Shown: positions 22,001 through 34,939, counted from the first letter of the stretch. The stretch is DNA of 64,000 nt from Squalus acanthias (GCA_030390025.1 JASTWF010000302.1:434001-498000); one strand, 5' to 3'. Translations and numbers: made by a program. Notes: generated by a model from the letters alone, not told the origin.

Positions 22001-22303
22001 AAATGTGCTACCGCCAGGTTTCACATTCGTGTTCAGCACAGGCGTGCTTCACGTGGAAACATATTTTAAATCACAAAGCCCTTTCAAAATGGCATTAAAG
22101 AGGCAATTTAGTGCTTGTTAAGGGCCTTATTGGCCTATCCCACCTCTTGGAGGCGGGACAGAGTCGGAACCAGCAGACACGATGTAATGAAAATTGCGTG
22201 GAGGCCGGATGGAGGCGGGCTTCTGCCCGCCCACCAGTTTTCGCAATTTAAACCCCCCACACGCCTCCAAACCCGCCTCCACGGGTCAATGAAAATTCTG
22301 CGC
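19056..22303 (+). mobile_element. Harbinger/PIF-type non-autonomous element carrying a decayed Myb/SANT-like gene
   Basis: Imperfect TIRs GGGCTGGATTTT / AAAATTCTGCGC. Spliced Myb/SANT remnant: RSAPRFDDVALQALIE...WIQVAEEVSS...RTWLQCRKRFHDLLRTGK|GTGAGT (19334-19573), next exon EKKAHNKRESARTGGGPP (from ~19917), then coiled-coil and AT-hook-like segments up to 21294; internal stops present. Confidence 0.78.
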
Positions 22304-22314
22304 AGACTTTTCAA

Positions 22315-23622
22315 TTATTTCCCTAACCTAATAATTAGAGACAAGGGATATTTAAACTGATTCTTTTACTCCTCTCTGAATTTAGTCTGGGACACTGCAT
22401 AAATAATGGTATTTGTGCAGAAACTCAAATGTTAAAGCTTATATCCAGTTTGTTCCATGATTCTGAAAGGAATACTGTACTGTAATCTGTGTGCAAATAT
22501 TGAATAACAATAATTTACACATATATATATATTGAATAAAACTTACCATCCATAACAGGATAAAACTGCTAGATTTGGTCAGCAGTAAAACGATGGATTT
22601 CCTTCGTTTGTCCATTTCTGGCTCACTGTCGCTGCTCCGGAGACCCCTCCTGATTCTACTTGTCAGTAGAATTTGCCTGATGATCAGACCATTGAATATC
22701 AGAATCAAAAGAAAATGAATTAAAGGCATTAAAACTATGTCAAGCCATAAGAATGTGACCCATACAGGTAGAGTATAGAGGTTTGATTTTTTTTAATCGT
22801 GTTGTGGAATGTGGGCGTCGCTGGCAAGGCCAGCATTTATTGCCCATCCCTAATTGCCCTCGAGAAGGTAATGTTGAGACGCCTTCTTGAACCGCTACGA
22901 TCCGTCTGGTGAAGGAACTCCCACAGTGCTGTTAGGGACGGAGTTCCAGGATTTTGACCCAGCGACGATGAAGGATCGGAGATATACTTCTAAGTCAGGA
23001 TGGTGAGTGACTTGGAGGGGAAAGTAGAGGTGGTGGTGTTCCCACCCGCCTGCTGCCCTTGTCCTTCTAGGTGGAAGAGGTCGCGGGTTTGGGAGGTGCT
23101 GCCGAAGAAGCCTTAGTGAGTTGCTGCAGTGCATCTTATAAATGGTACACACTGCAGCCATGGTACGCCGGTGGTGGAGGTTGTGAATGTTTAAGGTGGT
23201 TCACAGAACCACGGTATATTGTCAATTATTGCGCGTGATTGTAAACTAAAGTACATTAGGACATTTTCCAAAATGCATAGCCCCCATATCGTTGCTACAA
23301 CCACTGCCGCAGTTTTTTCGGTGTAATATTGGGTTCTTATACTTTGTCAACAAATGGCGACAAATCGATCAAAGGTTAAAGCGACAGTTAACCAGACAGC
23401 ACATTCAGGAGAAGAAAAAATTAGGAAGAAATTCAGCCTGCAGACCGGAGTGTACTTCAGGAATGATTTCGATAAATAACTTGCTTTCATCTCATACAGG
23501 ACCCCGCCAAATATCAGGACCAGTAAGTAGATCGTCTGCTGCCATGGCCACCAGATAAATAGTGATGCATTCGGAGAGGCCGCACTTTCCACGGGATAGA
23601 ATCACAATTGTCACCAAGTTGG
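22315..23622 (-). pseudogene. GPR139/GPR142-like class A GPCR, exon 2, pseudogene interrupted by a LINE fragment
   Basis: Acceptor CTTGCAG| then ANLVTIVILSRGKCGLSECITIYLVAMAADDL, CAVWLTVALTFDRFVAIC, DSEPEMDKRRKSIVLL...SFILLW, CTNTIIYAVSQTKFREE; several frameshifts and stops; no exon 1 found on this strand. Confidence 0.88.
22787..23200 (-). mobile_element. 3' fragment of the single-ORF CR1-group LINE family (same as 57196-60470), inserted in the GPCR pseudogene
   Basis: AAVCTIYKMHCSNS...SKSWNSVPNS; tail GGGCAATTAGGGATGGGCAATAAATGCTGGCCTTGCCAGCGACGCCCACAT on the minus strand. Confidence 0.9.
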
Positions 23623-24493
23623 CTGCAAGTGCGAGAATGGATAAATAAATCACGATTATGGACATCAAAAGCAATCCGATCAAAAAAAAGTGTAATCATT
23701 AATGCGGATTTTCCCTCCCCTCAAATCATTCACTCTCTTTGCCACCTCGACGTGGGAATCCAGAGGATGCCGAACTATTTATCCAAACCACGCCACATCC
23801 TTTATTGCCTGTGTAGCCTCAAAGGAAAATACTGGCTCCAACATTGCGATCGGTGGCGTAGCTCGGAGTACAAACTTACCTTGTGGTAGGCCCAGAACGG
23901 AAACTTGCTTTCGGCGCAGCAGAGCTGTGCGCAGCGTATGACATCACAAAGGGCAGGTGAGCAACGTGCGTAAGGGAAGACACGCCCACAAAAGGTGTAA
24001 AGACTAAGCCACGCCCACATAAACTGCTTTCTGCCTCTTCCATTGAAATTACATCTTAAAAACTTTTAGAAACTTTTCTTTTACTTAAAATGTCACTTGG
24101 ACTTGTTTCGTTTATCAGCATTTTGCTGTATTTCTTCATCCAAACTCACAATTTAGTAGGCGCTATTTATACAGCTTCCTGTTCTGATACGCAGTAAAGA
24201 TCTAACACTGGTATAAGTAATGTTGTTGAACTTCAGATAGAGATTTCCAGCCATATATTCAATGTTAACTTTCATGCTTAAAATATATTATTTAGACCTC
24301 ATTTAGACTGTGAATAGATAAATCCATATTCTTGTTATCGATGCATTATATTGCTTGTTATGTTGTTCATGTTTTAGCTGAAAGGACAGAATTGTCACTG
24401 AAATCTGATAGATGTTCACTTTATTTCAATTTCATATTCACTTTCCAATTAATTAAAATTAAACACGACCGACAATAAATACACACATATATC

Positions 24494-25945
24494 GTGCCGT
24501 ATTTTGCGACACCCACGGGTGCGAACGATGTGTGCGCGCGCCCGTAGGGGCAGCGCAAGTGCCGAATTTAGGCATGCGGGGCACATGCGCTAAAACCCGG
24601 CACTTGCGATGTGTCAAGAATCAGATTTTCCGCGTCCTTGGGAGATGGGACTCTGTGGGCGGAGAGTCGCGCTATTTGCCCAACTTCCACTCGCTGAAAG
24701 GCCGTGGAATTCTTACGCCTGGTATAAGCATAAGAGTTTCAAAAAATAGAAAAATAAAATGTTATCGCTCACTTATACATTAAAAACCTTGTCCAATAAA
24801 GTAAGTTTATTTTTAGCCTCGTTAAAACATATAATTTCTTTAAAAAAAAATTAATTTTTGTTTAAAATATTTAATTATATGGCATTTTAATTAATTTTAT
24901 ATAAGTATTTTTTAAAAATTATTTCCCGTGTTCGTGTATTTTTTAAGTCATCCCCATTCATACTTATGACAGTTCAGTACGTACCGAACTGTTAGAAGTA
25001 TGAATGAGGATTCCCTTCTTTCATTGGTTGGGATGGCCCACATGATCCCAGGGGCGCTTGCGAACCGCATGAGCCCCTGGGATACGTTGGCTTCTTCGCA
25101 TCTCTACCAGGAGAGGCCCAGGATCACAAGCCTCCGTATCTCCTGGACATCCAGGTAAATGCGTAGAAAAGTTGATGATCGGATGCATCCCGCGCGAAGC
25201 CTCCGATCGCAAATTCAGGCCCGACGTCTTTTAAGATGTAAAACAGACTCCTGTGCCTGCTTTCACTAACCAGAATATTTTCAGATGTAATTGCTGGGCA
25301 GTTGGTGGCCAGTAACCGGAGGTCCCGATACTTTCGCTTTTGGGCCTCTCCTCCACGAAATGCGCAGTGGCCCAGGTATCCCTGGGGCGCATGCGGTTCG
25401 TTAGCGTCACTGGGATCACGAGGGCCATGGCGAACCAATGAAAGAAGAGAATCCCCCTTCATATTTTTGATAGGTCTCTCCGCCAAGATCTGTCAAAGGT
25501 ATGAATGGGGATCACCGTAAAAAACATAATAAACATTAAATACATTTTTTTAAATCACATATTTAAAATTAGGTAAAGTTGCATTAAATTACATTTTTTG
25601 AAAAAAATAATGAAGTTTTCTACTGGGCTAAAAATAACCTTAACTTTTTAAAATTATTTTTAACTTAAAAATGAATGATTTTTTTTATTGTTTTACTATA
25701 TTAAACTCTTTCGCTGGTAAAAGCAGGTCTTCTGCAGGCGTAAGATGTTTAAAGGTTTTCAGTGGGCGGAGGTTCTGCAGAAAGCGGATCTCTCCACCCG
25801 CAGAGGCCCTTCTCCAGGCCAGGCGCAGGATCTCCAAGAGAATTCTTAACAGATCGGAAGTGCCGGTTTTCAGCGCATGCGCTTCGCATGCCTGAAACCG
25901 GCACTTGCCAGGCCCCTACGGGTGTGGGGTCGGAAAATACGGCCC
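24494..25945. mobile_element. Two ~700-bp MITEs with AT-rich cores in opposite orientation (24494-25222 and ~25290-25945)
   Basis: Ends GTGCCGTATTTTGCGAC / GCAAATTCAGGCCC and CGGAAAATACGGCCC; homologous to 53463-54183. Confidence 0.7.
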
Positions 25946-28019
25946 ATTGAAACTTCTCGCAGTGTGGTATCCTGGTGCTGACGCTTATCAGTTAAGTTTC
26001 TGAGTGAGACGTTGTTCTGGTCTAATATGATATCAAAATATTTCAAACTGGATTGTAGGGCATCTACACATAGCCCGAGAATCATTCCGCTCCACACCTC
26101 GGCAGCGGGATTCATGAAATGTACCAGATTTGCGCTCTATTAAATATTGTACATTGTAATTAGTAGAAAGGTAGGTATTCCGATATGAATTGTATAATCA
26201 CTTTAATCAATTTTCAGCAGTTGGTTCTCTTGCAATGCTGCTGCCAAATCTAAAAACAACCTGCAATTGTTAAAAGAACCAGTGATGAGACACGGATTGC
26301 TGGCGCTGCATCGGCGGTGCACAGGGAGTATATTACACACATATACAGCTTCCGAGTTTGCTGCAGTGTAATGGCCCACACTGGGGAGTCATTGGCAAAC
26401 TGTTTTTTCTCATCTACCCTGAAAAGAATAAAAACTGCGAGCTCGGCCTTACCCGTTCACGGTGGGATTCTAACACTTGGTCGAGGCACAAGGGTTCGGG
26501 TTTGACGTTCGGCGCTAGTGTAAAAGGAATGATATCGGATGGGCCGCCCGTTATACACTCCAACCGAAGCTTCGTTTCATTGAGGCCAAAGATAAACTGA
26601 CCCCAGGAAGCTGGATTTTATTCTGAATTGGAGTCCCTTTTGTGCGAAAGACTCGGTAAAATGGAGCAGTAATGGGCTCCGCCTCTACTACCTCCTGTGA
26701 GGCAGCTGATAGTCTTTAAATAGTGAAAGCGTGGGTGGAAACCACGTGCATTGTGCGGTAGCTTTAACTTTGGACCGCAGTGTAAATTGAGCGATATGGG
26801 ATTCACCGCCCATTATACGCCAGGCCTGATTTCCCTTTCCATTCAAGTGATGGAAGTGAAAATAGGGCAGGACCTATAATTAGCGGACAGTTCGATATCA
26901 CCCATTTTACATTATCACCCAAAGTTAACAGGACTCCCATGGTCCGCAACAATTGCCCCAAACGCGATCCCTCTTGTCACCAGCCCCATATAAGGGCGAT
27001 ATTACCTGCAGACTGGTTCCCTGAGGCCATCCCACATTGAGCAGGCCGTTCTGATTGCTGCAGCTGTAGTTTGCTGTTACTTTTACCGCCTGTTGATTTT
27101 AGCTCCTTTGCTCATGTTGAACCAAGCCTGTAATGAAGTTTGGAACTGATTGGTCGAGGTGGAACCCAAACTGAGCATGGGTGAGCAGGTTATTGGTGAG
27201 TAAGTGCTGCTTGTTAGCACTTTTGACGAAACTTTCCATCACTTTGCTGATGATTGAGATTAGACTGAATGGGCGGTAATTGGCCGCATTGGATTGTCCT
27301 GCTTTTAGTGGATAGAACATACCCGGGCAGTTTTCCACATTGTCGGGTACATGCCAGTGATGTAGCTGTACTGGAACTGCTCGGCTAGAGGCACGGCTAG
27401 TTCCAGAGCATAGCAGGATAGCGAGATGTTGTCGGGGCCCATAGCCTTTGCTGTATTCAGTACGCTCAGCTGCTTATTGATATCACGTGGAGTGAATCGA
27501 ATTCGCTGAAGACTGTCTTCTTTGAAGGTGCTGATATCAATAGGAGACCGAGATGAATCTTCCACTCGACAATTCTGGCTGAAGATGGTTGCAAACGCTT
27601 CAGCCTTGTCTTTTGCACTCACGTCTTCAAAAGACAGGATTGAATACTAAGTGTTGATTAAGATTATTACAGTATTACACGATACATTGCAATCATTGAG
27701 GATGGGGAACTTCTGGGAAGCTACTCTCCCATTATTTGTTTAATTGCCCACCACCATTCACGACTGGATGTGGCAGGACTGCAGAGCTTTCATCTGGTCC
27801 ATTGATTGTGGGATCGGTTAGCCCTGTGTATAGCCCGCTCCTTCCGCTGTTTAGCATGCATGTAGTCTGTGTTGCAACTGCCACAATTTGACATCTCATT
27901 TTTAGGTACGCCTAGTGCTGCTCCTGGCATGCTCTTCTGCACATTTCATTGAAGCAGGGTTGGTCCCCTGGCTTGATGATAATTGCAGAGTGAAATATAT
28001 ACCTGCCCATGAGGTTACA

Positions 28020-28858
28020 AGAATGAGAAGTCGCACAACACCAGGTTATAGTCCAACAGATTTATTTAAAATTACAAGCTTTTGGATCTGTCGCCCCTTC
28101 CTCAGGTAAAGTTACAATGAGTGAATCTATAATATTCCCCAGTATATAAACACAGAAACTGCAGAGATACAATCTTTCAGGGAAGGTGTCCTTACATCAA
28201 AGACACACCAAGAGCACAGCCAAGACATTGAGATGTGTCACAGGGGGTCCAACTTGTCAAATCCTGCTGTCTGCAGTTTTTTTTTGTGGGTTTTTTTGTG
28301 GGTTTTTTTGTGTTTTTTTTTAAAACTGGAAAGACAGACAACGATGTCGAGTCACGTTCTGCGGGTTAGCGTTCTCCAAGGCGGCCTTCGAGACACACGA
28401 CAACGCAAAATCATCGAGCAGAAACTGATAGCCAAGTTCTGCACCCATGAGGACGGCCTCAATAGGGGTATCGGGTTCATGTCACGCTGCAGTACGTGAC
28501 TCGACATCGTTGTCTGTCTTTCCAGTTTAAAAAAAAACACAAAAAATAACAAACCACCCAAAAAAACTGCAGACAGCAGGATTTGACACGTTGGACCCCC
28601 TGTGACACATCTCATTGTCTTGGCTATGCTCTTGGTGTGTCTTTGATGTAAGGTCACCTTCCCTGAAAGATTGTATCTCTGCAGTTTCTGTGTTTATATC
28701 CTGTGAAATATTGTAGATTCACTCATTGTAACTTTACCTGAGGAAGAGGGCGACAGCTCCGAAAGCTTGTAATTTTAAATAAATCTGTTGGACTATAACC
28801 TGGTGTTGTGCGACTTCTCATTTTTGTCCACCCCAGTCCAACGCCGGCATCTCCGCAT
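28020..28858. mobile_element. Penelope-like element, second family: inverted pLTR arms around a GIY-YIG C-terminal fragment
   Basis: TSD CATGAGGTTACA at 28008-28019 and 28859-28870; arms ~28023-28357 and ~28495-28822 are near-perfect inverted repeats; spacer encodes VSVLQGGLRDTRQRKIIEQKLIAKFCTHEDGLNRGIGFMSRC. Confidence 0.85.
28734..28772 (+). ncRNA. Minimal type I hammerhead ribozyme motif in a Penelope-like pLTR
   Basis: TTAC-CTGAGGA-AGA-GGGC GACA GCTC-C-GAAA-GC-TT-GTAA: stem I UUAC/GUAA, core CUGAGGA and GAAA, palindromic stem III AGCU. The inverted copy at 28072-28109 has GAAA changed to AAAA. Confidence 0.7.
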
Positions 28859-29717
28859 CATGAGGTTACAGATTGAGGTGGAATACAATTCTGGTACTGC
28901 AGATGGCCCACAGCGCCTCATGGATGCCCAGTTTTGAGCTACTAGAACTGTTCTGAATCTATCCTATTTAACACGTTGGCAGTGCCACACAACACGATGG
29001 AGGGTGTCCTCAGTGTGAAGAGGGGACTTCGACTCCACAATGATTGTGCGGTGGTCACCACTACCAATGCTGTCATGAACAGATGCATCTGTGACAGATA
29101 GATTGGTGAGGACGAGGTCAAGTGGGTTTTTACTTCGTGTTGGTTCTCTCACCACCTGTCACAGGCCCAGCCTGGCAGTTATGGCCTTCAGGACTCGGCC
29201 AGCTCGGTCAGTAGTGGTGACACTGAGTCACTCTTGGTGATGGACATTGAAGTCCCTCACCCAAAGTACATTCTGTGCAACTGCTAGCCTCAGTGCTTCT
29301 TCCAAGTGATTTTCAACATGGAGGAGTACTGATACATCAGGTGAGGGAGGACGGGAGCTAATAATCAGCAGGAGCTTTCCTTGGCCATGATCGTCCTGAA
29401 GCCATCCGACTTTGTAACAGTGAATCTCTTGAATTCAACAAAGTGGGAAGTTGACGGACTTCAGAGTTTATGAGGCAGTGATTTATTGTCTTTATATACT
29501 TGTCCCATCAAATAAAAGATGCTTTAATATTCCCCAGTCATCATCGAGTGTCAAGTCATGTGCATTAACATTCCAACCAGGCTGTCCTCTTCAACACACA
29601 ACTGCTTACTTTTCTGCTTAATTAATTTTCAAGCACGGTCTCGGACAAAGACAAAGAAAACCCCATCAAGATTATATGATGTATAATTTTACACAGACTG
29701 ATGATCTGCACAGTTAA

Positions 29718-30591
29718 GGGCCCAAAAATTCGGCCGTTCCCGGGTGAGTACACAGTCCGTACTCACCCGTATTCATTCCCGAAGTAACAACAGAAAACGC
29801 TGGAAAAACACAGCAGGCCAGGCAGCATCCGTGGAGATAGAAAGAGAGTTAACGTTTCAGGTCGATGACCTTCCAGCATCTGCAGTATTTTGCAATCGTA
29901 TTCATTCCCGAAGTGCCGGTTTCCTGCATGCATTGCGCACGCGCGGGAAACCGGAACTTCCGGTATGGTGAAGTGGGCGGTTCCTCGGTGAACCGCGTGC
30001 GCACTAAATGCTGCGCGCACGCAGCACACTTAGATTTTTTTTCATGTTTCAACGGGAGGGTAAGTAGTGAAGATTCTACGCTAATAAAAAGGAGGCGTAA
30101 GATCCCTTTTGAACAAGGTAAGTAGTTAATTAAGTATAATTTTAATCTTTTTTCAACAGGTTTATCTTTTTTAGATACTTTAAAGAAAGGTAAGTTTATT
30201 TTTATAACTTTTAAAAAGTATTTACATTTTTTCAAAAATTTTAATTTTTGTTTAAAGTGGTTATTTTATAAATGTGATGGTTTTTAAAAAAAATATTTTA
30301 AGTTTAGCTGTTCTTTTGGGGCCGGTTTCAATTCACAGATTTGACAGGTCTCCTGTCAAATCTATGAATGAAAGATGGTCTGCTGCCATTGGCTCTCCAT
30401 GGCCCACGTGATCCCAGGGGCCGCATCGCACTAACTGCGCCCCTGGAACACGCAAGCACTGCGCGCCGGCTCTTGGGAGAGGCCCAGGACCCGAAGTTCC
30501 TGTGGGCCCAAAACACAACGGCAGGCGCGGTGGGAAAGAGCACGCGTAATCCTTACCCCCGCGGCAAGCCGGCCACGCGAATTTCTAGGCC
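29718..30591. mobile_element. ~750-bp MITE (GGCCC.AAATT-type ends) containing a Penelope mini-insertion
   Basis: GGGCCCAAAAATT / AATTTCTAGGCC ends; reverse-orientation homologue of 32533-33272 and 33276-34036; absent at the paralogous site near 34287. Confidence 0.78.
29786..29896. mobile_element. 111-bp inverted mini-insertion of the young Penelope-like family
   Basis: Direct repeat CGTATTCATTCCCGAAGT at 29768-29785 and 29897-29914; insert consists of an inverted pLTR piece plus the direct pLTR end TTCCAGCATCTGCAGTATTTTGCAAT. Confidence 0.85.
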
Positions 30592-30905
30592 AATGTCATC
30601 ACTACTATGGGAATAATCGAATTGTCTTAAAGAAATTTCATGATCATGTACGAACGTATGACGAAAATTTTTTCTTCAATCCTTCCTCTATCAACGGGCA
30701 AAATCATTGCAAAATATCCCTGGTCAGTAGCAGTGAATATGACTCGCCTCAATCTGTTTGTTCAAATGAATGTAACTAACCCTAATTATTATGTAATGCT
30801 CATGTGTCACTTGAGGTTTGTCTCAGGTATAAATAAGAACTTATTTTGAAAGCAGAAGTTCTGCGAGTCCACAACACTAACAGACAACGTCGCTTCTCTC
30901 CGAAT

Positions 30906-30975
30906 ATGGGACAGCCGGTGATCATACAGATAGAGAACATTTACTATCCTATTCTTGCAATAGTTGGTCTTCCTG
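30906..30975 (+). pseudogene. GPR139-like GPCR exon 1, orphan (no matching exon 2 found)
   Basis: MGQPVIIQIENIYYPILAIVGLP with phase-1 donor G|GTAAG; paralogous to 37007-37076 including flanks. Confidence 0.8.
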
Positions 30976-32532
30976 GTAAGCCGCTTACCATCAGTTAATG
31001 CTCATTTTTAACAGTGGTTCACTGTGTCACTGTTCCTGCTGTCGGTGTAATGATATTATTTGTTTGCTTTGATGTGTTTTATTTGCAGACAATAATTACT
31101 GGCATCAAAAAAATCACTCAAAATGGCTTCAAGTTTCTGTCATATTGTTAATGTACCAACCGGAGTGGAAGCTCTTTACTCTGACTATTTAAATTTATCA
31201 ATTTAGTGAAGAACCCTTGGCCTTGACAGACAGTCTTGCAGTTCTGTATCTGGTACAAGTATTAGTATCGGATCGAGTAGCCATACAAGCAATTCTTAAA
31301 AGGATTCACAGGGGCTGCTCAAGAAAAGGCAAAGGAGTTTTTAAATATATATTTGTGAATCCAGGAGAAATATAAGAGATCCTCCCGCACACACAAAAAC
31401 ACTCTGGTGCAATATTGGCATATTGTCGCCTCACCGGGATTGATTCCCGCCCGTTGCCAGATCAGCGCCGGCGCTGATTGATTCCCCGCGCTTCCCAACC
31501 GGGAGCAGCTCCGGGCGCCCTTCTGGCACATTCAGCTGGCCAGCAGCGTGTGAACAATGCTGAAAGCCGAGCCTCAGGCGCTGAAATTGGTCTTCCTCAG
31601 CAGCGCGAGACAGAGTCGGAGCTAATGGGTCGCTCATTTTACACCCAGTCTGATGTCCGTTTACATTGAGGTCAATGGAAAGGGAAATCGGGCGCATTGT
31701 AAAGCAGACTGCCTGTGAGCTATGAGCTCATTTCAGGCGACTGGCGAAGACCAATTTTACCCCTGAATCTGGCATGTCTTACGTGGAGAACACATTTTGG
31801 GTGCAACTCGAATTTTCCGGTGCATTTATACTATAACTATAGACTATAGTGTAGATTGTGGTCTTTACCACCTGGACATTTTGAATCACTTTGGTGGAGC
31901 ACAGAGCGGTGCAGAGGAAGTCAATGGAAATGTAATTTGTGCAAAATGGTCCGCCAATTCGCTATCGCCAGTTTTATACCACCATCGAAGACCAATTTAC
32001 GTCCATGGTCACTAATGTTCTGACTAGGGACTGGAGCAACGAATTTTACACTGCAACTTACTATGGAAATCCGTGGGTGTATGTTTTGGTGCCAGGCGAG
32101 GTCATTGATCGCGGCAACTACTCAGTAATTGCCTTTATAGTGAAACCCGAAGCGCTTGATCCATTCTGAAACTGTGCGATATATTATGTTGCTTTAAGCT
32201 AGAGTCAGTTCGTGTTCTGAGGCCGCAAAGCAAAATGAGACAAGTGTTAGTAAAGCACGTCCTGCTACGGCTGCGCTGTTGTAATTCTAAATCCAAGTGC
32301 TAATTTCCCCGGTAACCATGGGATAGATTTGAATCGATACATCCGGGGTGTTGTGCATCACCTGGGTCAAGTACAAAAAGCCAAATCCTCCGCAGAGGAG
32401 AGTCTTCCATTAAAAAAACAGCGGATTGTCCTCCATTATTGTTAATGGCAGTAATTCGGGCGGGTTCTGTTACACCTGCGGTCATAGCTGACAGATTTTC
32501 CTTTCTACATCCAGGGGTAGAAGTGCGCTATT

Positions 32533-34036
32533 GGCCCAGAAATTAAACACGGAGCGTTCCTGTGGGGGTAAGGCTTCCCCGCGTATTCTCACTGCGCGCC
32601 TACCTTTTCCCTCCGGGCCCACACGAACTTTAGTTTCAAGGCTGCAGCTGTGCTGTGCTTGCGACCCACAGACGCAGTTAGTTCGTGCGAGCTCTGGGAA
32701 CACGTGATTTAGTTAGAGCCAATGGCAGCACACCATCTTTCATTCATAGTTTTGACAGGAGAACTGTCAAAGCTATGAATACAACTTAGCCCCCAAAAGA
32801 ACAGCTAAACCTCAATTAAATAAAAAAAAAAACCATCACATTAATAAAATAACTATAGTTAAATAAATTAACCACTTTAAACAAAAATTTAAATTTTTGA
32901 AAAAATTTAAAATCTTTTTAAAAGTTATAAAATTAAACTTACCTTGCTTTAAAGTCTCTAAAAAAGATAAACCTGTTGAAAAAATTTAAAATAATACTTA
33001 ATTAACTACTTACCTTGTTAAAAGAGGGTCTTACGCCTCCTTTCTTTATGTGTAAAATCTTCCATGCTTACCTGCGCATTCAAAGCACTAAGTGCACTGC
33101 GTGCGCGTAGCCAGTAGCGCACACGCGGTTCACATAGGAACCGCCCCCTTTTGAGTTCATGAAGTGCGGTTTCCCGCGCATGCGCAGTGCATGCTGGAAA
33201 CCGGCAATTGGAGACCTAAAACGCGAGAGTACACAGTGCGTACTCTCGCGTATTAGGTCTAATTTTCGGGCCAATGGCCCAGAAATTAAACATCGATGGT
33301 TGCCGCGGGGGTAAGGATTCCCCGCGATATCGCACTCCGCGCCTACCTTTTTGTTTCGGGCCCACACGAACTTCATTTCGAGGGCCTCTCCCTGTTGCCG
33401 GCGTGCAGTGCTTGCGTGTCCCAGAGGTGCAATTAGTTTGTGCGCGCTCTGGGATCACGTGGGCCAGCTAGAGCCAATGGCAGCACACCATCTTTCATTT
33501 ATAGTTTTGACAGCAAGGGCTGTCAAAGCTATGAATACAACAAGCCCCCAAAAGAACAGCTAAATCTCAATTAAATTTAAAAAAAGCCATCACATTAATA
33601 AAATAACTATAGTTAAATAAATTAACCACTTTAAACAAAAAATTAAATTTTTGAAATATTTTTAATTCTTTTTAAAGTTATAAAAATAAACTTACCTTTC
33701 TTTAAAGTCTGGAAAAAAGATAAACCTGTTGAAAAAAATTTAAAATAACACTTAATTAACTACTTACCTTGTTAAAAGGTGTTCCTACGCCTGCTTTCCT
33801 TATGTGTAAAATCTTCACCACTTACCTGCGCGTTCAAACCTGAAAAAAAACGAAGTACACTGCGTGCGCGCAGCCTGTAGTGCCCACGCGGTTCACTTAG
33901 GAACCGCCCCCTTCGCCATACACGAAGTGCCGGTTTCCCGCGCATGCGCAGTGCATGCAGGAATCCGGCAATTCGGGACCTAATACGCGAGAGTACACAG
34001 TGCGTACTCTCGCGTGTTAGGTCTAATTTTCGGGCC
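32533..34036. mobile_element. Two head-to-tail MITE copies (32533-33272 and 33276-34036)
   Basis: Each starts GGCCCAGAAATTAAAC and ends CTAATTTTCGGGCC; separated by AAT and followed by AAT. Confidence 0.85.
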
Positions 34037-34469
34037 AATGTTTTAATATTTATTTACACCGGCTCCTTCCACTAAAAGGTACTTTATCTGTGCCGCAATC
34101 ACAGAGATTAAATCAACCTAATTTCAATAAATGCGTATTAACTTTCAGATAAGAATGTCCTCTTCAGCACACAACAAGTTTTCTATCTGCTTACTTTATT
34201 TCCAAGTAAAGGCACGGACAATTACAAAGAAATTCCATGCAGATTAGATATTTATTTTTACACCGACTGCCAGATCTGCAGAGTTAACGGCACCACTGCC
34301 ACGGGAATAATGGATGCTCATATTAAAATCTCATGATTAAGGACGGCTAACCGTTTTCGAAAATATGTGCAAATGACATTCGTGTAGAAAAGTGCCCATG
34401 TAGTAAAAGCTTAGTAAAAGGAAGTCTGTGCCGATTAGGGACCAAAAAGGGGATCTTCTTGTGGAGGCA

Positions 34470-34930
34470 GAGGGCACGGCTGAGGTAGTAAATGTATAGT
34501 TTCCAGCTGTCTTCAGTGAAGAAGAGGGTGCCGCCAATGTCACAGTAAAGAATGAGGCAGTAGAGAAATTGGATAGGATAAAAATAATGCGGAGCTTATT
34601 AAAAGGCTGGCAACGCTCAATCTACAAAAGTCACGCGAACCGGACGGAATGCATCATAGGTTGCTGAGGGAATGAATGATGACAAATGTGATGGCACTGG
34701 CCATAATCTTCCAGTCATGTTCAGAGATGGGAGTGGTGCCAGAGGACCGGGAGAATGCAAATGCTAAGCCCCTGCTCAAAAAATGGGCGCGGAATAAACC
34801 TAGAAACTACAGGCCAGTCAGCCTAACGACGCAAAATGGGGAAACTTTTAGAGACAATAATCGAGGAAAAGAATAATTTGCACTCGTAAAAATATGGATT
34901 ATTAAATGATCGCCGCATAGATTTGTGTAA
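34470..34930 (+). mobile_element. Degenerate CR1-type LINE RT fragment
   Basis: LAIIFQSCSEMGVVPEDRENANAKPLLKK...PRNYRPVSLT. Confidence 0.8.
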
Positions 34931-34939
34931 ATCGTATTT

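Larger units (their letters stand above)
27095..29410 (-). mobile_element. Single-ORF CR1-group LINE, APE and N-terminal RT part, split by a Penelope-like insertion
   Basis: VREPTRSKNPLDLVLTN...GSGDHRT (APE), SAKDKAEAFATIFSQ, NYRPFSLISIISKVME; colinear with 57900-59260. Confidence 0.9.

Noticed and set aside
21300-22120. Harbinger transposase or a 193-aa ORF inside the first Harbinger-type element
   Set aside because: No DDE/HARBI1-like motifs recognised in any listed frame; low-complexity CTG-rich sequence.
23623-30975. Joining exon 1 at 30906 with exon 2 at 23622 as one GPCR gene
   Set aside because: They are on opposite strands and point away from each other; no inversion breakpoints were identified.
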